From positions 100,564,001 to 100,628,000 of the forward strand of contig CM059428.1 of NCBI GenBank assembly GCA_030390025.1: a stretch of 64,000 nt of DNA. Direction: 5' to 3'. The DNA is from Squalus acanthias. Lineage: Eukaryota. Shown one piece after another: positions 49,201 to 63,130 of the stretch. How positions within the stretch are numbered: position 1 is the first letter of the stretch; every line of letters starts with the position of its first letter. The notes beneath the pieces were generated by a model. That model did no database searches. It was not told the DNA's origin and was given only the letters and a program-made list of their open reading frames with translations. A program made the translations under genes and the position numbers.

Positions 49201-52200
49201 CGCCCAGCCTGCCAGAAGAATACTGGCACAGCATCACTGGAATGACGAATCCAGAAACACTTAATTGAATCCAGCCCTCTGCTTTGTCGGGTCGGTCTTC
49301 ATTTCGCGAGCTGTGCTGGGGTATTTAACATTTGTCCCACTTTCTAAAGTGGGACACCGTGTCAGCAAACTGCCAGCGCTAACAGTAACAAAACAGGACA
49401 AGGAAAAAGGGGCAACTTTGTGTGTGAACCCGAGGAACAGAACATTTCAATAGTTTGCTTTGGGTATAAATTACGTCTTTTCACCAACATGGCTAACGAC
49501 CGTCTCACTAACTTGCATCGGAAAGGAGTATTTGTGCTAACTGCTTGCTAGTCATTAAATTCCAATGGATTTGGTAGAAACTTCGACACTTATTTCAATA
49601 GGAAGAAAGAACAACGAAATCAAACGATGTCAATCTGAGGTCCACGCCCTTTCCCCAAGAGTTCACGCGGCTCCCTTGTCTCAATCTATGTAACGCGCAG
49701 TTTTAACAGGGTCTTAAAGCCCTCGATGTTTTAGTTCTTTAACCTGCTTCATTACCTGCTTATCAATAGCTGTTGTATACAATCCGTTTAACGGCAGGAG
49801 TTCAAATTACAAATCAACCCATCGTAAAGGAAAAGACCCAGTACAGGAAGAGTCCACCTAAAGATTTATTTATATGAATCGCAGGGAGAGATGCTCTCTG
49901 CCTCGCTGTCACAAAAGATGAGAGTTACCTATCTTGATAGGTAACCTGATAGTCACCCCTGAAGGATATTAGACATCAAAATAAGTGCATTTCTTTACAA
50001 TAAAATTAAAAAACTCTGACAAAATGAAACATCATCTATTATAAAAATACACACAGTGTTTTTTGAATCTGCATTTAATTTCCATCCATGTCATTTTGAT
50101 GGTAAGATTACACAGGACAATAATGCACAGGCACTGAGCGAACATGAATCCCCTCCATCAGGTACAATAGGATGAGGAAAGTTTCCTCCTTCTGTACAAA
50201 ATGTCGTTTGTTTTCAGCGATCAAGTGCTGCTGGTTTTCTCTGTAAACAAAGCGAATCATTCAGTAAGCTTGACCGCAAAAGTTCTTCTGAAAAGCTTAC
50301 AGAACTTTTGAACAATAATGTTGCTGTTAAAATTGTTTGTGTATCCTTTTCATTCGAAATTTAACGCCACTCGGAGTTGCTATAGTGGTGTTGCAAGTCT
50401 TATCTTTTAAGCTGCATTCGTAAACCAAAACGCTTTCATTCTCATCAGATCCCACCAGACAGGCTACATCTAAACTGTACTCGTGGCTGAGCGGAAGTGC
50501 ATTTAATTATGTCAGTTTCTTTAAAAAAAGATCGAATTGCGATTACAGTTCCAAATTCAAGTTTCATCATATGAACCCAATTATATTTGTGAGGGGGAAG
50601 GGGATCCTGTGTTACAGCAGGTTTGCGAGCATCTTCTGAAGGAGAGTGAATGCCCAAAATTATATATAAAAACGCACGTAACCTGTCTACTGCTTACTCC
50701 GCCGTGATTTCGTTAGCTATGCAAATTAGTTTCATAATTTCATATACATTCTATTTAGAGAAAACCGCTAATTACACTGCGACGTGTTTGAGATGGTGCT
50801 ATATATAAGTTGCGGTGTTAGCTGTAATCGTGGCTGAGGTTCCCCCCAAATGACCAGACACTGCGCTCTTATCTGGAGCTAAGGGCTACAAAAGATGCCA
50901 CATATTCAAATTCCTTTTCCGTCTATTGAAATATACATAAATCAGACAAATCACTCAAACATCAAACAAAAATGCTGCGTAACTGAGTAACTTAGTAATA
51001 TTACAACTGCACATTTCTGTATTGATAACCTTTTGCACATCTCTGGCACTGCATGTCTGATTTGAAAAGTGACAAGAAGCGATTTTTTTTCTAGCGATAA
51101 AGCTATTGTAGTATTTAAAATGGGGAGTCCTATGTCTCAGTTGCAGGAATGCAGCGTGGCTGTGATTTGGTGATGCCCGGTATTATCAGCGAATTCCGAG
51201 CACACGAACTTGAGCCTAAAGGGGACAACAACTCAGTGTTCTTATTTCACTTCAAAAAATGAGAAGCAGGGCAAGAAAAATCATGTCCAGACAAACAGAG
51301 CCGCAACAGGCGGCCCCGCCACCTCTTCCTTGTTGCAGGGGAGGTTTCTTATCTCTTCTGAAAAGAAATGTGAAGATGTCAGCCAGATGTGAAATTGGGT
51401 CATGGAGACATACTCGCTTTCACTGACGGCAGGGCACCGATTTCATCTTTAACAGACGGCGAGATAAAATAGTTTTAATTGCAGCTATTTCTTAAATAGA
51501 CGGTGTGACATATTTGAATCCTGGAGACAATGGGAATATCGGCTGTTTTTTTTTAGCCCTGCCCGGGTCAGCATTTCATTCTTTTTGTACATCTGGATAT
51601 GTTTTCAAAATGACTATGATCCACAGGGGAAGACAGTTTACCTCTCCTACCGCCCTCCAAAAGATGAATGAAAAATATAAGGAGGCAACTTCCATTTTGT
51701 ATGAAACAGCTCTTTAAAAAAATCAGCTGATCTCGAGAAGAAAGCAATGTAACTAATGCTGTTTGTGATCGCATTATGTAAAATCCCTTGAAGCGTCCAG
51801 CAGATCTTGGATGAAAAATTCTGATCAATAAGAACTTTTACAAGTCTATTTTTGAGTCATCCTATTGTTAGCAATGACAGTTGTAAGTGTGACACTATAG
51901 TAATGGTTGTGAATTTTATTACATCATGTTAATCTAATGCATCTTAACATCTTTTGGGTTGGCAGGCTGTAACTAGCGGGGTACTGCAAGGATCAGTGGT
52001 TGGGCCTCAGCTATTCACAATCTATATAATTTTTTTGGATGAGAGGACCAAATGTAATATATCCAAGTTTGTTGATGATACAAAGCTGGGTGGGAATGTA
52101 AGTTGTGAGGAGGATGCAAAGAGGCTTCAAGGGGATATGGACAAACTAACTGAGTGGGCAAGAACATGGCAAATGGAATATAATGTGGAGAAATGTGAAG

Positions 52201-52353
52201 TTATCCACTTTGGTAGGAAAAATAGAAAAGCAGAGTATTTTTTTAAATGGTGAGAGATTGGGAAATGTTGGTGTTCAGAGGGACCTGGGTGTCCTTGTAC
52301 ACAAATCACTGAAAGTTAACATGCAGGTACAACAAGCAATTAGGAAAGCAAAT

Positions 52354-52429
52354 AGAAACATTAACTCTGTTTCTCTCTCCACGGATGCTGCCTCGCCTGC
52401 TGAGTTTTTCCAGCGTTTTCTGTTGTTAT
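52354..52429 (+). mobile_element. 76-bp Penelope-like fragment inserted in CR1
   Basis: TSD ttaggaaagcaaat at 52340-52353 and 52430-52443. Confidence 0.75.
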
Positions 52430-54220
52430 TTAGGAAAGCAAATGGTGTGTTGGCCTTTATTACAAGAGGATTTGAGTGTAAGAGTAAAGACGTCCTACTC
52501 CAATTATATAGGGCCCTGGTGAGACCACACTGTATTGTGTACAGTTTTGGTCTCCTTACATAGAAACATAGAAGATAGGAGCAGGAGTAGGCCATTCGGC
52601 CCCTCGAGCCTGCTCCGCCATTCGATGAGATCATGGCTGATCATCCAAGCTCAGTACCCTGTACCTGCCTTCTCCCCATATCCCTTGATACCTTTAGCTT
52701 TAAGAAATATATCTAACTCATTCTTGAATATATTTAATGACTTGGCCTCAACTACCTTCTGTGGTAGAGAATTCCACAGGTTCACCACTCTCTGGGTGAA
52801 GAAATTCTTCCTCATTTCTGTCCTAAATGGCTTACCCCTTATCCTTAGATTATGACCCCTGGTTCTGGACTCTCCGACCATCGGGAACATTCTTCCTGCA
52901 TCTAGTTTGTCCAGACCTGTCAGAATTTTATATGTTTCGATGAGATCCCCTCTCATTCTTCTATACTCCAGCGAGTATAAGCCCAATCGACCCAATCTCT
53001 CCTTATATGTCATTCCTGCCATCCCAGGTATCAGCCTTGTGAATCTCCGCTGAACTCCTTCCATGGCAAGAACATCCTTCCTCAGATAAGGCGACCAAAA
53101 CTGCACACAGTACTCAAGGTGTGGTCTCACCAAGGCCCTGTACAACTGCAGCAGGACATCCCTGTTCCTATACTCAAACCCTTTCGCTATGAAGGCCAAC
53201 GTACCATTTGCCTTCTTCACCGCCTGCTGCACCTGCATGCTTACCTTCAGCGACTGGTGCACAAGGACACCCAGGTCTCGTTGCACTTCCCCTTCTCCCA
53301 ATCTATTGCCATTCAGATAATAGTCTGCCTTTCTGTTTTTGACACCAAAGTGGATAACCTCGCATGTTATATTGCATCTGCCACGCTTCAGCCCACTCAC
53401 CCAACCTGTCCAAATCATCCTGGAGTTTCTCGGCATCCTCCTCGCAGCACACACGCCCACCCAGCTTTGTGTCGTCTGCAAACTTGGAGATATTACATTT
53501 AGTTCCCTTATCTAGATCATTAATGTATATTGTGAATAGCTGGGGTCCAAGGACCGATCCCTGTGGTACCCCACTAGTCACTGCCTGCCACTCGGAAAAA
53601 GACCCATTAATTCCTACTCTCTGCTTTCTGTCCGCCAACCAGTTCTCTATCCAAGTCAATACCTTGCCCCCAATCCCATGTGCCTTAACTTTACATGCTA
53701 ATCTCTTATGCGGGACCTTATCGAAAGCCTTTTGAAAATCCAAATACACCACATCTACTGGTTCTCCCTTGTCTATTTTCCCAGTTACATCCTCAAAAAA
53801 TTCCAGTAGATTAGTCAAGCACGGTTTACCTTTTGTAAATCCATGTTTACTTTGTCCGATCCTGTCACTGTTTTTCAAGTGCTCAGCTATTATATCCTTT
53901 ATAATGGACTCTAGCATTTTCCCCACTACCGATGTCAGGCTTACCGGTCTGTAATTCCCTGCTTTCTCTCTACCACCCTTTTTGAATAGTGGGGTAACAT
54001 TAGCGACCCTCCAATCCATGGGTACAGTTCCAGATTCCATCGAATGTTGGAAGATGATCAGCAATGCATCTACTATTTCTAGGGCCACTTCCTTAAGTAC
54101 CCTAGGATGTAGATTATCAGGCCCTGGGGATTTATCGGCCTTCAATCCCGTCAATTTCCCTAACACCATTTCCCTGCAAATACTGATTTCTTTCAGTTCC
54201 TCCCTTTCATCAGACCCTAT

Positions 54221-55033
54221 GGGCTGGATTTTGAATGACCCATGGAGTCGGGTTTGGAGGCGTGTGGGGGGTTAAATTTGCGGGGTCGGGTGTCCCGACC
54301 CCATCCTGACTCCATCCCACCTTCACGCAATTTTGACAAAATCAGTCGCAGGGTTCCCGACTCCGTCCCGCCTCCAAGAGACGGGAGAGGCCATTAAAGC
54401 CCTTAACAAGCCCTAAATTGGCTCTGTAATGCCATTTTGAAATGTTTTAGCTAGTTTAACCCTTTTCTGATGTGAAGTACGCCTGGTGTGAAACACTCCA
54501 GTGAAACCTGGCGGGAGCACAAGTGGATAGCTGATTATGAGCTGCAGGTCCACTATTACAACGGAGATGTGATGAAGGTAGTAGTAGTATTAGGTCTGAA
54601 AGTCGCCTCTGATGCTGCTGCATTGAATGTCTTCAGAGACTGCCTGGCCTTTGCTGTGAGAGGACTTGGATGCAAAAAAATCTCTCAATCTCTCTCTCTC
54701 TCTCTCTCTCCCTTCCCTTCCACCCCCCATCCCCCCCACCATCCCCCCCACCCCCCCCATTTTTGCATCCAGGTCCACTCACATCAAAAGCAAGCCACGC
54801 AGGTCCTCTCTCACCAACAGTCTCTGAGACTAGGCAGTCAGCAATGATGACATCATCAGAGGCGACTTTCAGACTGAAAACACTAATTAGTTCTTGGGTT
54901 CCCACATGCTGGAACTCAATTGCCCAATTAAGTGAAAATTGCATCATTCATCCACATTAATCTGGAGTCGGGGGGGGAACCACGAAATGCGGATGACACG
55001 ACCCCAACCCGACCCCAAGACAAAATCCAGCCC
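54221..55033. mobile_element. Harbinger-type MITE nested in the minus-strand CR1
   Basis: Perfect 13-bp TIRs GGGCTGGATTTTG / CAAAATCCAGCCC; 3-bp TSD TAT. Confidence 0.8.
54683..54710 (+). repeat. (TC)n microsatellite followed by C-rich tract
   Basis: tctctctctc... inside the MITE. Confidence 0.85.
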
Positions 55034-56491
55034 TATGTTCTCCAACATCTCTGGGAGGTTATTTGTGTCCTCCTTTGTGGAGACAGGAATGATGTACTTG
55101 CCTAAGGAATGATGTACTTGCCACAGAGGGAGTGCAATGAAGGTTCACCAGACTGATTCCTGGGATGGGGGGATTGTCCTATGAGGAGACATTGAGTAGA
55201 CTAGGCCTATATTCTCTGGAGTTTAGAAGAATGAGAGGTGATCTCATTGAAACATACAACATTCTTACAGGGCTTGAGGGGGTAGATGCAGGGAGGATGT
55301 TTCCCCTGGCTGGGGGGGGGGGGGGGGGGTCTAGGGCCAGGGGTCACAGTCTCAGAAAAAGGGGTCGGCCATTTAGGACTGAGATGAGGAGGAATTTCTT
55401 CACTCAGAGGGTGGTGAATCTTTGGAATTCTCTACCCCAGAGGGCTGTGGAGGCTCAGTCGTTGAGTATATTCAAGACAGAGATAGCTCGATTTTTGGAT
55501 ATTAAGGGAATCAAGGGATATGGGGATAGTGCAGGAAAGTGGAGATGGGGTAGAAGCTCAGCCATGATCTTATTGAATGGCGGAGCAGGCTCGAGGGGCC
55601 AAATGGCCTACTCCTGCTCCTATTTCTTATGTTCTTATGTTCTAACTCAAAGTAAATGCTGAAAAAGAACTTAATTCCATTTGAAGTAAAGCAATTGCAA
55701 ACAACAAAAATTCTATTAACTTTAATATAAAAATGCAATGGCTAAGGTCAAGTCTACAAGATCAAGTCATGTTTAGATCACAAAATTTACAGTAACATTT
55801 TAGGCCATGATTAGATTATTCTCTGTGACTTCCCTTACTACAATAAGATGCTTATCAAATAATTGAGTGAAAAGGGACTTCCAGGTTGAAAACTTCTACA
55901 AATTCCTCTTCTGTCCCCAGGAATCCTTTGCAGTGCAGGAAGAAGTTTAATAACATCACGAAAGCAGCCAAGATAATCTATCTGCTCTCCTTGACCTTTC
56001 CTTATATGTGTGGCACCCCTTCATTTATCATCCTTACAGTGCCAGAGGAGTCTACTTGCTACAACCCCGCATCGCTCTGCAGCTTTTCCCTCATCTCCTC
56101 ATTGGTCCCCACCCACCTCCTGCACCCTTCATCTTCTACCAACGCAACTTGTGATCATATAATTACCCCTTCTTGGCCCAATGCTCATTGATGCTGTCAA
56201 TAGCTTTATCTCCTCAGGTTCTGTCCAAGACTTCTTTTATCAACCTCCTCCTTGAAAATCACCCTCAGTCCATCTACCAACTCCAACTATTGGTCCATTT
56301 CCTACCTCCCTTTCTTCCCTAAAGTCCTTGAATTTGCTGTTACTACCCAGCGTCATGCTCATTTCTCCCATTACACCCTCTTCAAATCCATTCAATCATT
56401 TTCTGCCTTGCCCACAGTATCCAACCTCATCTTCCTTCACATTCTGTGGTGGTTGACATAAGTGACCATTCCATCCTCTTTCCTCTGTGAT

Positions 56492-58662
56492 CAACTAAAT
56501 GGGATAGATTCAGAACAGATCTAGCAGCTCAAAACTGGGCATCCATGAGGCGCTGTGGGCCATCAGCAGCAGCAGAATTGTATTCCACCACAATCTGTAA
56601 TCTCATGGCCCAGCATATCCCTCACTCTACCTTTGCCATCAAGCCAGGGGACCAACCCTGGTTCAATAAGGAGTGCAGAAGAGCATGCCGGGAGCAGCAC
56701 CAGGTGTACCTCAAAATGAGGTGCCAACCTGGGGAAGCTGCAACACAGGACTACATGCATGCTAGAAAGCGGAAGCAGTATGCTATAGACAGGGCTAAGC
56801 GATCCCACAATCAACGGGTCAGATCAAAGCTCTGCAGTCCTGCCACATCCAGTTGTGAATGGTGGTGGACCATTAAACAATTAACGGGAGGAGGAGGCTC
56901 CATGAATATCCCCATCCTCAATGATGGTGGAGCCCAGCATGTGAGCGCAAAAGACAAGGCTGAAGCTTTTGCAACCATCTTCAGCCAGAAGTGCCGAGTG
57001 GATGATCCATATCGGCCTACTCCTGAGGTCCTCATCATCACAGAAGCCAGTCTTCAGCCAATTCGATTCAGTCCACGTGATATCAAGAAACGGCTGAGCG
57101 CACTGGATACAGCAAAGGCTATGGGCTCCGACAACATCCCGGCTATCGTGCTGAAGACTTGTGCTCCAGAATTAGCCGCGCTTCTAGCCAAGCTGTTCCA
57201 GTACAGCTACAGCACTGGCATCTACCCGGCAATGTGTAAAACGGCCCAGGCATGTCCTGTCCACAAAAAGCAGGACAAATCCAACCCAGCCAATTACCGC
57301 CCCATCAGTCTACTCTCAATCATCAGCAAAGTGATGGAAGGTGTCATCAACAGTGCTATCAAGCGGCACTTACTCACCAATAACCTACTCACTGATGCCC
57401 AGTTTGGGTTCTGCCAAGATCACTCAGCTCCCGACCTCATTACAGCCTTGGTCCAAACATGGACAAAGGAGCTGAATTCTAGAGGTGAGGTGAGAGTGAC
57501 TGCCCTTGACATCAAGGCAGCATTTGACCGAGTGTGGCATCAAGGAGCCCTAGTAAAACTGAAGTCAATGGGAATCAGGGGGAAAATGCTCCACTGGCTG
57601 GAGTCATACCTGCACAAAGGAAGATGGTTGTGGTGAAGGTCAATCATCACAGCCCCAGGACATCGCTGCAGGAGTTCCTCAGGGCAGTGTCCTGGGCCCA
57701 ACCATCTTCAGCTGTTTCATCAATGACCTTCCCTCCAACATAAGGTCAGAAATGGGGATGTTCGCTGCTGACTGCGCAGTATTCAGTGCCATTCACAACT
57801 CCTCAGACAATGAAGCAGTCCATGCCCGCATGCAACAAGACCTGGATGACATTCAGGCTTGGGCTGATAAGTGGCAGGTAACATTTGCGCCACAGAAGTG
57901 CCAGGCAATGACTATCTCCAACAAGCGAGAGTCTAACCACCTCCCCTTGACATTCAACAGCATTACCATCGCCGAATCCCCCATCATCAACATCCTGGGG
58001 GTCACCATTGACCAGAAACTTACCTGGACCAACCACATAAATGCTGTGGCAACAAGAGCATGTCAGAGGCTGGGTATTCTGCGTTGAGTGTCTCACCTCC
58101 TGACTCCCCAAAGCCTTTCCACCATCTACAAGGCACAAGTAAGGAGTGTGATGGAATACTCTCCACTTGCCTGGATGAGTGCAGCTCCAACAACACTCAA
58201 GAAGCTTGACACCATCCAGGACAAAGCAGCCCGTTTCATTGGCACCCCATCCACCACCTTAAACATTCACTCCCTCCACCACCAGCGTACCGTGGCTGCA
58301 GTGTGTACCATCTACAAGATGCACTGCAGTAACTCGCCAAGGCTTCTTCAACAGCACCTCCCAAACCCGTGACCTCTTCCACCTGGACAAGGGCAGCAGG
58401 CGCATGGGAACACCACCACCTCCAAGTTCCCCTCCAAGTCACACACCATCCTGACTTAGAAGTATATCGCTGATCCTTCATCGTCGCTGGGTCAAAATCC
58501 TGGGACTTACTACCTAACAGCACTGTGGGAGTACCTTCACCGCACGGACTGCAGCGGTTCAAGAAAGCGGCTCACCACCACCTTCTCAAGGGCAACTAGG
58601 GATGAACAATAAATGTTGGCCTTGCTTGCGACGCCCAGATCCCATAAGCGAATAAATAAAAA
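56492..58662 (+). mobile_element. 5'-truncated LINE (CR1/L2/Jockey-group RT, clade not determined), frameshifted
   Basis: ORF 56545-57636 with NYRPISLLSIISKVME, QFGF, LDIKAAFDRVWH; downstream FAAD motif; aataa tail. Confidence 0.92.
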
Positions 58663-58796
58663 CAACTCCTACTTTTCCTGCAATGGCTTCATTCTCCTGT
58701 CCCTGAACAGTTACCTTGGGTATATCCAGAAGCTCCATCCCTAGCTCACTTATATCTTTTTCATCTACATGTTACTCCTTGGTGATATCATTCATA

Positions 58797-58961
58797 TGTG
58801 AGAAGTTGCACAACACCAGGTTATAGTCCAACAGTTTTATTTGAAATCACAAGCTTTCGGAGCACTGCTTGTGATTTCAAATAAAACTGTTGGACTGTAA
58901 CCTGGTGTTGTGCGACTTCTCATATTTGTCCACCCCAGTCCAACACCGGCATCTCCACATC
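58797..58961 (+). mobile_element. Second palindromic Penelope-like insertion
   Basis: Same family as 19344, opposite orientation; TSD atatcattcata at 58785-58796 and 58962-58973. Confidence 0.75.
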
Positions 58962-60726
58962 ATATCATTCATAGGCATGAGGTCAGCTGAAAACACCCAA
59001 ATCCACCTATCTTCCACCATCTTTGATTCCTGGACCAGCTCATTGCTACCTGACTGCTCAGTTGAATCAAGTCCTGGATAAGCAAGAACGTACTTTAATT
59101 CAACATTGGCAAGACTGAAGCAATGGACTTAGAAATTGGATCACGCAACGCCTGTTTTACAGGCAGACGTCCATCTATTAATTTGAGTGGACGGAAAATC
59201 AGGCAGGCTCTGTTATGGGTGAGTGAGAATCCCTGTCCCATTTTCTTCTGTGCGTTACAGCTTTCTTCTGTGTTTTACAGCCAAGTGTTAAAGAGGAAGA
59301 TCTGCCCCTCTGTATCTGACACAGAGGAGTAGCCATTCTCTCCAGTCGCATTCAACTGAACATCCTACACCAAGCCCGTTCAATTTTTTCCCTACATTAT
59401 TTGGAGTTCTAGCATATTAAAATACGTGACATCCATACTTTCAAAGACCAAATTCTTTTTTAATTTCTAATTGTAGCCATCACCCCTTAAAAGAATCTGA
59501 AAACAGCCTCTATTCAATGGCCTCATTATAACTTCCTCTCATCTTCATAAGCAGACACATTACTACTGCAACAATCAATACTTTTAATAATTGCAAATGC
59601 TAAGTAAACTGCAGAAAAATAATAACTTTTCCACAAAGTAACAATAGATGTCTTTCACCATCTCATTTTCTCTTAATCAAGACCCACAAGCCAAAATTAT
59701 CCTCATGTCCCCGGCAATTTGTTTTGAAATGATGCATTTGTAAATTTTGTATTTTCATTAACAATATTTTCTATGTATTCATCATTACAATTCTACCTTG
59801 GTCCAGAATGTGGCACTGAACAGAGATTGTCAACTCTTGCAATAATTTTGTCAAATAGAAACATAGCATGCAATTCTCAAATGGTACATTAAAAAAAATT
59901 ACATGCTGTACGGTTTTAGTGTACTAATACTACTGCATTTGTATAAAATTCCTTTATCCACTATTTTAATAGAGGTACTAATCCATTTAAAATAAACTGG
60001 TTAGTGCCTCTGTTAAAATAACAGAGTGTGATACAAATGTGTTAAATGTTTGCATAATAATATTACGCAGTACAATTTTCAGGTTTATACCTCTTAAAAC
60101 ACATGCATTTCATACCTCATGCATTGTTACTGAAATATTTATGACTGGATCACAAGAGTTATCAAAAAGTAAGTCAATCTTTTGAATTGAAACAATAGAG
60201 GATATTTCTTCATAGCTATTGCGTTGCAAGTTAATTCAAGCCACATTTTAAATGGGGAGGCTTCTCCCTGAGCCATGCCAGGCTAACAGATTTTCTGGCC
60301 AAAGCTAACAAGACACTGGCCAATTTATTTTACCTCAGGCCCACCACATCCTCACAAGGAAGTCTCAGGAGGCAATGCAATGGCTCATGGAGAATATCTG
60401 CCTTGTTAAAGATTGTCTTAAGCATGCATGTGGGTCTGACTATAATTATTCCTGAGTGCGGGTAGTACTTACTGTGATGTAATTCCACCATGATAACACA
60501 ACACAAAATTATAGGAGAAAATAAATGTTACTTATTGCAAGTATTAGAAATGATGGTTACTTCTAAGGGTATATATATATACCTGGACAGACCAAGATTC
60601 ATGTACACTACACAAAATGTAAAACAATAGGGCCTAAAAATTCGGTTGCATAGTGCCCGTTGTTTAGGTGCTATGGGTGCTGAATTGGGTCCAAAATGGC
60701 GTCCAAGCAGTGTGCGCACACTTATG

Positions 60727-61571
60727 GAGCTGGATTTTGTGAATGGAGATGGGCTGGAGGTGGGACTGCTGCTTGCCGGGTTTCAGTCCCGCCTCCATCA
60801 GCCTCTGGCCAACCAGCGGGATTTTCCCCTGATTGACCTTGTTAAGCCCACCCTGCGGGCTCGGCAGGCCAATTAGGGGGAAGTCATTGACAGAGCACAT
60901 CAACGTCTGACGTGCCATCTGTCAAGACTTCTTGAAAGAAGAAATGTCAGCATTTGATAGCTCTGTGAAGCTGTCAAACACTGACATTCTGTGTAGTTTG
61001 ATGAGCCCTTGTGTTCAGGACTCATCAAACCTTTCTACTTTGTAGAAATCAGATGACTGTTGGTTCGGAGGATCCAACAGCCAGTCTGTGAAATCTACAA
61101 TGAAGATGTCGGGACTCCGGAACCACAGCGGCTGAAGGCTGTAGGCAGAAACAAAGGTAAGTGAACATTGTATAACACTTTACACTCACTTCACATACTT
61201 ACCACTCCACACTTGCACCCATCACTCACCTCTACATTGCACTTTCAGACCCCTCCGACACCCGCAGACCTCCTACTCGACTCCTCCAACCCGGTGGGGT
61301 TCTCCGAGGTCGGGAAGCCTGCACTTGAAAAGGTAAAATGGGACTAATCCTTTTTTCTGCCTGTTAACTACCTGTTAACAGGTAGTTAAAAGGATTTAAT
61401 CCCTTTCCCGCCTCGAGGAGACGGGACCGGGGTCAGGACAGCTTCCCGCCTTCCGGCAAAAGGGCACGGAGGCAGGATGGGGGCGGGTTTGCCAGCCGCC
61501 CCCACTTTCTGCAACTTTACCGGCAGTCCCGCCTCCATACCCGCCTCCTCGGGGCTGGCAAAATCCAGCCC
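60727..61571. mobile_element. Harbinger-type MITE nested in the Harbinger left end
   Basis: TIRs gagctggattttg / caaaatccagccc, TSD ATG; removing it restores collinearity with 33989-34110. Confidence 0.75.
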
Positions 61572-61991
61572 ATGGTGTGGGTCGCGCCAGACGCCATATT
61601 GGTGAGGGTGGTAGGGCGGCCATTAGGAGTGTGCGCTGGAAGTATGGTAAGTAGGCAGATCATGACATAAATCAGCATGCAACGCTGATTTGACGCCAGC
61701 GCTGCCATTTTTGTCGTCATCGCTGGAGCTAATGCCCTGTGTTAACCTCGCACAGCTGAACATGTGTTCAGCAGCAGGAAGGACCCCCCCACCAGCGCTA
61801 TTTAAAGCAATCATCACCAACTTTCAGGTAACTTGCTTTTTGATTTCTACTGGCTCTGTGTAAGTGTGTAGAAGTCTTTGGTGCTTTCCGCAGTTGTTTG
61901 AAGTTGGTGAGGTGACAGGGAGTGGTGCTGCAAGTGGAGAAGGCCTTGGTTCTGACTTCAAGGGTTCTGGTTAGACCACTTGCTCCCAGAC

Positions 61992-63130
61992 ATGGGTGCT
62001 CTAGTTGTCATCCCCCTTGGCCTGCAGCATGACAGGGAGATGGAGCAGAGGTAGTGAAGAAGACGACAAGCTGCTCTCAGAGGGAGGAGGAGGTGGGGGA
62101 GAAGGGCTCTCAGCAGGAGGCCTTACCCACCTAGGGTCTTCCGAGAGCAATTCACTTACCTCAGCCTGAGCCAGGAGCAGTGTGTGAGGTGTCTGCACTT
62201 TACAAAGGAGGTGCTCACAGAACTCTGCCACCTCTTGCAACCAGACCTGCAGCCTCACACCAGGGCAAGGACAGCGCTGCCAGTGGTGATTGTGCCACTA
62301 AATTTCTTCAAGTCGGGATCTTTCCAGGCTGGAGCAGACGACATCTGTAACAGCTCCCAGTTTGCCGTCCACTACTGCATTAGAGGTGACAGACGCTCTT
62401 TCTGCCAGGGAAGGGGACTTCATTGTCTTCTCCCTGAACAGAGAGAAGCAGGTGGAGCATGCACATGGCTTTGCCAGGATAGCAGCCTTCCCCATGGTGC
62501 AAGGCGCCACTTCTAAATGCTGAAATGAACCACAACCACAAAGGTTTCCACTCGCTGAATGTGCAGTTGGTGTGCGACCATGCTCAGCACATAACGTTGG
62601 TGAATGCCCAGTATCCTGGCAGCAGTCATGATGCTTTTATTCTGTGCCAGTCTTTGAGCAACCACGTCAAAGCAGAGATTGGCTACTGGGCGACAAGGGC
62701 TATCCCTTGACCACCTGGCTCATGACTCTGCAACCCAACCACATGTGGCCAGCATGCGTACAACGAGAGCCATGCTGCCACACATCATAGAGCAGGGTGC
62801 TGAAGCAACAGTTCCGCTGCCTGGACAGCTCTGGAGGAGCCCTACAGTACTCACCAGAGCGTGTGTCCCAATTCGTGGTGGTCTGCTGCATCCTCCACAA
62901 ACTGGCCATCATGAGGGCACAGCCCTTGTCACCAGGGATACGACCACCAGCTCAGGAGCAGGAGCAGAAGGAGGAGGAGGAGGAGGAGGAGGAGGAGGAG
63001 GAGGAAGAGGAGGAAATGGAAGAGGAGGAAGCGGAAGAGGAGGAGGAGGAAGCAGATGGAAGGAGGCAACCCAGACAGCCCTTTTCTGGCCAGATGTTGG
63101 GATCGAATCATCAGCCTGCGGTACCAGTGA
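61992..63130 (+). pseudogene. HARBI1-like DDE transposase, multiply frameshifted
   Basis: [74 protein letters not shown], then an acidic tail. Confidence 0.85.
62971..63050 (+). repeat. (GAG)n microsatellite encoding the poly-Glu transposase tail
   Basis: gaggaggag... run. Confidence 0.9.

Larger units (their letters stand above)
52559..55085 (-). mobile_element. CR1-type LINE of a second subfamily (RT domain) nested in the + strand CR1
   Basis: Overlapping ORFs 53303-54169 and 52651-53481 (KSPGPD, NYRPVSLTS, FADD, one frameshift); tail repeat ctatgttt. Confidence 0.92.
51950..55640 (+). mobile_element. CR1-type LINE (pieces 51950-52559 and ~55086-55640) split by nested insertions
   Basis: Near-identical to 30750-31796; breaks at ...ttttggtctccttac and resumes at ctaaggaatgatgtacttgcc. 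Confidence 0.88.
56150..59125 (+). mobile_element. Old degenerate L2-like LINE interrupted by younger insertions
   Basis: SNYWSISYLPFFPKVLEFAV (NYRPIS.LPFLSKVLE-like) at 56280-56340 and ..FIYMLLLGDII at 58760-58793. Confidence 0.5.

Noticed and set aside
55886-55975. PLQCRKKFNNITKAAK Myb/SANT-like snippet as a host gene
   Set aside because: Isolated fragment without intact ORF context; most likely another Harbinger relic
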